The notes under the pieces are model-generated. The model made no database searches and had not been told where the DNA came from. It saw only the letters and a list, made by a program, of their open reading frames with translations. The position numbers were made by a program, and so were the translations under genes. From assembly GCF_963921235.1 (NCBI RefSeq), contig NC_086107.1, forward strand, positions 104,782,001 to 104,842,000: 60,000 bases of DNA. The letters run 5' to 3'. Positions 52,111 to 60,000 of this stretch are shown here, piece by piece. Origin of the DNA: Mobula hypostoma. Lineage: Eukaryota. Every line of letters begins with the position of its first letter. Within the stretch, counting starts at the first letter, position 1.

Positions 52111-53875
52111 GTGCTATCCATTTGATAACATTCCCTTTTTTTCTAATACTATTTGTTTATCTCTCTTGTTAGCCGTGGCTTGGTTTGTTTTAAAAAGAAT
52201 GAAAGATCTGCATCTGAGTACAAAAGAAAATCAAGCTGAATCTTCAAAAAAGTGTGAAAGCCTAAGAAACAGAAGTCTGAGTGTCATAAAGAGACAGCTA
52301 CAGAAGAAAATAGTGTAAAGTTTAATTAACCTCAGGTAAAAGGAAGGAACAAAACATAAATGACTAGAAATGAAGAATAAATTTTAATGAAGGATAGAGA
52401 TATTGAAATACCAGTTGTATAGTCGAAGGAAATCAAACAATAAGAGAAAAGGGTAGAGTCACATAATTGTAGATAAAAATGAGGTGCTGTAAAATTGCTG
52501 AACCTGTAGTTGGAAAAGCCATCACATCCTAATGGTTGCATTTTAAAATTAGGAAAGTCAGACACAGCTGCAACTATAATTTTTCTTTTTGTCTGCAAGT
52601 TGTACCCAAATTCCACCAATACGTAACACCTGTTCATAAGGTTACTGCAGACCAGACAGCCCTTTAGTCACAATACAGATTAAAAATCATGACATTTAAG
52701 GTTACGGTGTCTTTCATTTTTATTTGCACCTTTTGCTTTCTTACTATAAGCAGTGACTGGAGTTCAACAGCTGTGATTTAGCTTATGACTTGTATCCATG
52801 CCTCTATTAATAGATGTTCCTTCTGCAAATTCCATTTCATTTTACAGGATTATGTGTCTAGATTCCCACTAAAAGAGATTTATTCAAGTTTTTTTGTATC
52901 ATGTTGTTTCTTTTTTTATAATATTAACCATGATAGTTCAATTAACTTCATTGTTTTTAACCCCAAATTGTAATACTTCAGTAGAAAACTACTACATTTT
53001 TATGTAAGGTTTGTCCTTTCTTTGATTTCATCATTAACTTTAGTTAAATCATATATTCCAACATCTTTTTCCATGCTTTTCTAATCGTTGTTATTTTTAG
53101 CTGTATTATAGATGAACACTGTTTACCTACTGAGATTTGCCAAATGTGAACAAGCTTTTTCCTTCAGTGAATGTTCAGTTGCATTCCCACATTGAAGGAC
53201 CTATCCATATTATGAAATATGTATTGCTGTTAAATTGTTCTGGATGGTAGATATTAAGTATCATATGATGGAGTTTTGTGTTACAGCTGATAAAACTGAG
53301 TATTTCAGTGCCAGTCTTCATTCTTGCACTGACTTGGTGGGGGTGGGGTGGAGATGATGTGATAGTCATGAAGGTGGAATACAAATTATCTCTTTCCACT
53401 GGTAGTTACATTTGGTAGTAGAAGTTTATGCCCATCCCAGCTACATGGCAAACCTGTGTATTTTAATATTTGCCTCCTCACACATGCAACATGGTAGTTG
53501 CCAGAAAACACGACAGCAATTAATGAGGGTCATTGAAGACTGGACCTGAGGTCAGTGTGCTCCAATTAGTAACATTACTTTGTCTTCTGACATATGAAGT
53601 GAAAGCAGTTTTGCAATCGATCGGTCTTTTCAGTTCTACAAATATCCAGCCCTAATACATTATGTATATTCCATAACCAAAGGCTAGATTTACTTTGACT
53701 AATTAGTAGGAATATTGCATTGTTTATGTTTGTATTTATTTGACCATGTTATCAGATATGGTTTAATAGTGAGACTTAAGGGGAAGAAATGTTTAAAAGG
53801 GTTTTGTGGACTGGAGCTGGACATTATAACTTGGATATTGAACTTCACACAGTCACATTGTGCTTTTTATTTTGT

Positions 53876-53975
53876 CCGACTCTCAATAAAGGGTCTCAGC
53901 CCGAAACATCGACTTCATTTCTCTCCATGACGCTGCCTGACCTGCTAAGTTCTTCCATCATTTTGTGCGTGTTGT
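53876..53975 (+). mobile_element. Penelope-like 3' end fragment
   Basis: aagggtctcagcccGAAACatcgact...gacgctgcctgacctgctaag. Confidence 0.7.
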
Positions 53976-55122
53976 TTTTTTAAGTGTTCTCACCTACTGC
54001 CTGCCCAAGTCTAGTTTTTTTCCCCATCTCTCTGTCATTTCCCCTGTCATTCCCCCTTTCCCTCCCATATTTTTTGTCCACATGATTAATGTGCTGTAAA
54101 TTTTCTGGTTATTCAACACAAAAGCAGACATACTGAATCTGTGTCAAGCATTTTTTTTTCCCTGTGTATCATTTATCATGCCAGAATCATGAGGAAAATT
54201 TAATATTTCATCAATGTTGGCAACTAAATATGGGAATGGATCTCAGAAATTCAGCATGAGTTTTAAACTGCTAGCTATTTGGAAATGGATTAATATTTGC
54301 AAGGATCCTACACAGAAATGCTGAGAAACCAATAATTTATGGTACTTTTTCATGCAGAATGTGTATTTTGCACAACTGTTCTGTTGGTATTAGTCATTCA
54401 CTCAAACATGATGCTGCCATTTGAAAACTATTAATGAGCAATGAGACTGGTGAACTCTGATTACCTAAAGGATCATTACTGGAAATAGCTTTCATGTATT
54501 CTGTCAATCTGAAATTTGTGTTTTGGGCCACATAGTTGAATGATTGTTGTATCGTGCTGTTTTGATTCTTTTGATCTTGCTTCTATGTTTCAAAACCAGA
54601 AATTTGAAAATGGTTTCATTTTCAAACTTTCTCTTGCCCCCCCGCCCAACAAAAGCTGCCATATAATTTTGCTAATCTAAATATTAACAATTATCTTATG
54701 CAAATATATAAAAATAGAAAATACACCGGAAGTAATGTTTGCCAGCATTTAGAAAAGGCGAGAGCCAACTTAAGGTTTCCAAGGCTTTCATGCTAATGTC
54801 CTTTAGGCATTATCCTCCCAATTCTCTTCTCAGATACTTCCATGTGGTATTTCAGATATTTGGCATATATAGTTTTTAACTTCATCTTTACAGGGAATAA
54901 GTATGATTTCTAATATTTCAGTAATTTCTGAAAAAATTTGGTATTAAAAATGAACAGACATAATGCTTCAGTAACCTAAAGGGGAAATATCATGCACAAT
55001 TGTTGTTAATGTCTTGAATGTGGTCATGTCAGTCAGGTCATTGAATATTCACATTTAACTCCTATCCAAGAATGTCATAAGAAACGTTCCTCAAATGTCA
55101 TTTTTCATTCATGTTTCTTCAG

Positions 55123-55374
55123 GGTAGCCAGGAGCCAGCAGCCACCCCAGAAGCTATGGTACAGCCGTATGCAACAGTTCCATTCCCTCCTCCCCCTCCT
55201 CCTCCTCCTCCACAGAATGGAATTCCAACAGAATACACTGTTCCACACACTCAGGACTACACAGGTCAGACGCCAGTCCCAGATCATAGTCTGAACATCT
55301 ACGCATCCAGTCAGACCCTTGGGGAACAGAGTGGCACAATTGCCAATGTACAGCCTGTATCTGGAACCGCCACA
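55123..55374 (+). CDS. RBFOX2: RBFOX2 (RNA-binding Fox-1 homolog) first shared coding exon, 84 codons, phase 0/0
   Basis: Acceptor ttcattcatgtttcttcAG ends at 55122 and donor GTAAGT starts at 55375. Translation [22 protein letters not shown]9[20 protein letters not shown]...VSGTAT matches the recalled RBFOX2 N-terminus [45 protein letters not shown]. Confidence 0.93.
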
Positions 55375-57897
55375 GTAAGTTAAAATCTGGGCTTTAGTCT
55401 TCATCTTACATGGTGATGCAATGCAAAAAAAAAGTTCAATTTTCTGTTTCAAGTTACATGCCACAGCAAGAATAAAATAATGTGGAATATTTGGTTTTAC
55501 AAGTGGTCAACTTGCCATATTTGTGTGTCATTTATATTTAAAGAAAGTAACTTCAGAATTCTAGCAACCCATTCACTGTTTATATTATGGTAACAATGCC
55601 CCAGGATCTGCATGTTTGCAGTTTATGAATAAAATTTTAAAACAAATGCGCAATTAATATAAATTAAAATTTTTGATTTGAGAAGACCAGCTGAAATTTA
55701 AGTGCATTGTCTGTTTGCATGAGTGTCTTCTATATAGCAAGACCTAAGAAAATCTAATTATTTTGTTTTAACCAATAGAACCTGTTTAACGTTTCTGTTG
55801 GTGACCCCCTATAACTGAAGGAGAAAACCCCCTGCCCAGTGAAAGATTTGCTGGTTCTATAGTAACATGCGAATTTGCTGTCGTCTCTAAGAGAACTCAG
55901 TCATTGGTCTAAAAGTCCTTTCCTATCATTAAAAATTAATGTTTCTGCTTTAAAATAATGGAAACATTGTATGACACAGGGCCAAGTGTATGGTTTGTGT
56001 GGTAATTGAATGAAAGTCACTCGCATCTAAATGAAGTACTTCCCTCTAGCATCTATATTCCTTGTATTGCCCACACTGTTAAGAATTTAAACATTTGCTG
56101 TCTGATTTATAAATGACTTTGTACACTTTCTGTGCTGTTTAGTCATGTCTGGAAACACTAACAAACATGTAGGATAGTGGATACCTGGAGCTAATTCCTC
56201 CAAAAGAACAGAAGGCAAAGGCAATTGAAAATGTGAAAAACTGAATTTAACAGATATTACAGCAAACAATTTTTAAAATGTTACAAAATTCAAACCAGAT
56301 AAATAATAATTAAGATGCGTGGTAGATCAGTCATGATATAATTGAGTGCAGAGCGATTCTTAAAGAACTAAAGGAAGTTCATGTGTTATAATGGATGCAA
56401 GTTTACTTGGTGATTTCACTACAGTCTGGTATCATTAAGTGCCTTAAATGCAGTTAACTTTCATGCTCATCTTTCCAAGTGGTCAAAATGGCACAGTTTC
56501 ATCAGCAATAAAAAGCATATCTCCTTTGCTCGAGTTTGCATTTATCTTGCATGTTTGTCTTATTTTGTATGATTTAGCAGAATTCAGCTTATACTTAAAC
56601 ACAAGATCCTAAAAAGGTCCATTCTGGCTCTCTTTTTTCAGTCCCCTTGCAACTTACTCTCCTGCACATGTACCAGTTAATTCATTTATTTTGATAGTAA
56701 CTCCCAAAGGGTAATCTGAAGAAGCCAATTGACCTATTAGTCAGTCTTTATGCTTTGGGAGGAAATGGCAGTACCTGGTTTAAAACCATGAGGTCACAGA
56801 GAACTGTGAAGATAACACCCAAGGTCACAAATGAACTCAAATTCCTGGAGCTGCTATGCAGCCATATTAACCGCTTCTCCATCTTGCCTATGTTTGCTCA
56901 TAATTAATGGACATAAATCACAGTTCAACTTCATAGTATTATTGTTAACATGGTTGCTTACCAGGTCCAGGAATATTCTGGAAAATCAACAAATCAGTAC
57001 ACAGAGCAGCCCCTTTTTTCATCTAATGAATTATTGTAAAGTTCTGAATCCTTTTATCTGAGAATATTACAGCTCTCACCAGCGGTAATTAATGGTCTAG
57101 TTGTGGAATAAACCCTTCTGACCAGAACATTAACTAGTAAGATACTATTTAGATTTCTTTTATCCTTAACTTTTTAACTGTGAACTGACTTCCAGTCAGT
57201 TGCAAATACTTTGAGTTTTGGGTTCACCCTAGATTTGATTATCCAATGTGAAAGATGCCCATATGTAGCTTTTTGCAAGAACAGTTGAATATATTGGCCT
57301 GTAACTAATGGGGATAAATGTAATCTTCTAAATGGTCATGTGCGCAGGTTAAAAAAAGTTGTATTTTTATTTTAATTTATTAAAATGATCACTGGCTTAA
57401 GTTCTTCTGTTTTTGTGGAGGGTTCTATGTTGGCAATCAAGCAACTTGTCCTGCTTTTCTCAGTTAGGATGCTGGGTTATAGAAGCAGTCTCTATGCCTG
57501 TTTGAAAGGGTCTTTGACAAAGAGTACATGGAGAGGCCACACTGTCGATACTTGATGGCTTACACAGCTGTCAAACCAGTCCAACATGTTCAGTCCTTTC
57601 ACCCTCTGTTCTAGTTCTGATGTTCCTGGACAACTGTACTCAGAAGGCCATGTGGTGTATTTTGAATACAATATTCAAAACCATTTTTCTATTGCTTTGC
57701 CCTCCTTAAGATGCAGCATTTGGTTATAAAATGAAGTAGGAAATAGTTGCCTTGGTCTCTGAGAGGATTGTAAACGTATACTGCCTTGTATCCAGACTGT
57801 GCTACATAGTCGTCAGATTTTCTGATCCAGATTCAGTTTCACAGTTCTGAGCGTGGACTTCAATTTTTCCTTTTGCTACGTAGCTCACAAATGAATA

Positions 57898-59432
57898 CAG
57901 TGCTTTGTAAAAGTATTCAGCCCCCGACCCTTTGTTCACATAAATGTGTATTGCAACCAGGGATTTTGATCAAATTAACTGAGAATTTTTATTTGTGAAT
58001 TGCATGCTCCTGTTTTCACGGTAGAGCCCAAAAATGGAGAATTGTAAAGCATGAAAAACAAAAAATTCAAAAACTGAAATATCAATAGTTCAAAAGTAGT
58101 TATCCCTCTTTGCTGAGTACTTGGATGAACCACCTCTTGCAGGATAATTATCTTATTTGAATAAGTTTCTAATGTGTTGCATAAATGGAGCAAGGTTGCC
58201 CTTTCCTCCTCACTAAGTTGAGTAAGCTGTGCCAGGTTAGTTGGGGAGCAGCGGTGGACAGCAGTCTTAGGTCTTGCTGGAGATGATCTGACTGTGCCAC
58301 TGAAGGATATCAGTTTTCATATTTGAAGCCACTCTATGGTTGCTCTGGCAGTGTGCATGGGGTTGTTGTCCTACTGAAAGATGAACTTCCCAGTTTAAGC
58401 TTTCTGACAGAGGCTAGCAGGTTTTATCCAGGATGTCTCTGTTTTTAGCAGCATTTATCTTCCCAACAATTGTGATCAAATTTCCAGTCCTTGCTGCTGA
58501 GAAGTATCCCCATAGCATGATGCTTCCTCCACCATACGTTAGAGATGGTGTTACTTGGCTGATGTGCGGTATTAGATTTGTGCCACATATATCGTTTAGT
58601 ATTGAGGCCAAAACATTCCACTTAGTCTCATCCAACCATAAGACCTTCTTCCACATGATACCGTATCTTCAAAGTGATGCTTTGCGATCTTTACAGGGAA
58701 AGATGTGCTTTTTTTTAGGCAGGGCTGCTTCCTTGCCTGTCTTCCACAAATACCCTTTTTGTGCAAGACCTTAAGAGAATATGGAGCCATGAACTTCATC
58801 AGTTGCAGACACTGGCTTCTGCAGCTCACTCAGAGTGACTGTTGGCGTCATAGCAGCCTCACTTACAAGTGGTATTCTTCTCCAGCCATTATGTTTAGAG
58901 GGATTGTGGTTGTGATTTTATATTTTTTCCACTTTTATGCAATGGAATGTACTGAGTTCCAAGGTATATTCAGTGCTTTTGAGATGATCTAGTACCCTTC
59001 CTAAGGTTTGTGCTTCTCTGTTATTTTTTCCCTGACGTGCCTTGTTTGCTCTTTTGTCTTCACTTTGGTTTGGTTTGTTGAAATTTTACCATACTGTTGG
59101 ACCTTACAAAGAGAGGATGTATTTATTCAGGTGTTCATCCAATTTTCTACATCAACAAATTGGGTGAGTTGGTAAGGTACTATACAGTATTGCACCTGAG
59201 GAAAGCTAGCATAGTATTTACAAAGGAGATGAATACTTTTTCAGCCTCACTATTTTAGTTTTTAATTTTTCTTAAATTGTTGACAGGTTTTGGAATTTTT
59301 CTCTTGGTTTGACGTGATGCACAATGTTTTGTAGATTAGCTTAAAAAATCCTACTTCAATATATATGTTAAATGTAGAAAATAGTAAAATGTGAAAATAG
59401 TTGCGGGGACTGAATACATTTTCAAAGCAGTG
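57898..59432 (-). mobile_element. Decayed Tc1-like DNA transposon (second family)
   Basis: TA|CAGTGCTTTGTAAAAGTATTCAGCCCC with an imperfect inverted copy near 59405-59432. Minus remnants WKKVLWLDETK and YGGGSIMLWGYFS. Confidence 0.88.
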
Positions 59433-60000
59433 TGTATTTTTAAGTGAAGAGTGCTGGGTCTACCAGTTCTCTCCTTATTTGTTTATGTTAGCTATTGAAA
59501 TATGCCAGGAAAATACCCCAGTATTTCATTAGAACTGTATATTCTTAACATCCATTATGTTTTGTAAAGCTATTTATTCACTGACTGCTGATATTTGATA
59601 AGTGATATTGTAGAACAGTGGTGTAGAAGAAGTTTATTAAAATGTGTTTGCACATCTTTATTCTAGAGATAAATCTGTAGTAGTACAGTGTTCATGTTTT
59701 CTGGAAAGAAATAATTTCCATCGATTCTTCAATGAGCTGAGTCTGCAAGTGCCACATTTTGGAGTAAAGTGATGTAGCTGAAATAATTTCTTTGTCATTC
59801 AAATACTTTTCAGCAGTTTATTTAGATTTTGAAAGGGACGCTTCTTCGTGGCAGGATTGTGAATTAACATTGCTTTTCTTGTCACGGTGCTTGTAAATGT
59901 GCCATCAGAAAGCAGCTGAGCCTAGAAAATGTGTTAATTTTTTACACCTGTGGGCTTGCTGGTGTTCTACAGAATGAACTGTACATAGTTCATCTGTTTG

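Noticed and set aside
55111..55122. ATG start MFLQ of the ORF covering the RBFOX exon
   Set aside because: These bases are the polypyrimidine tract and AG acceptor. Homology begins at 55123.
1..60000. CRISPR arrays, operons, phage or defence systems
   Set aside because: No regularly spaced repeats or dense coding sequence. The window is vertebrate intronic DNA, and the RT segments are LINE-derived.

Overview
AT-rich, CpG-depleted, repeat-dense vertebrate genomic DNA. The repeat set (CR1, Rex1/Babar, Penelope-like, DeuSINE, Tc1 and Tigger elements) suggests a cartilaginous fish, probably a ray; that is an inference. The window covers the 5' part of an RBFOX gene on the + strand, most likely RBFOX2. 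It contains a short start exon MERKTMVSQ (32646-32672), the first shared coding exon GSQEP...VSGTAT (55123-55374) and a candidate alternative start exon MFSVYCMEYPYPVLQ (4606-4650). The rest is intron filled with decayed transposons, and almost all ORFs in the track are spurious or transposon remnants. Most notable: (1) an LTR end joined to a 63-nt reverse copy of mature tRNA-Pro including CCA, far longer than a normal 18-nt primer binding site; (2) minimal hammerhead-ribozyme motifs from two Penelope-like families, some in fold-back pairs; (3) a Tigger-type MITE whose interior closely resembles mammalian MER2; (4) a 106-bp locally templated insertion. Family names come from recalled consensus sequences, not database searches. 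No prokaryotic systems or CRISPR arrays were seen.
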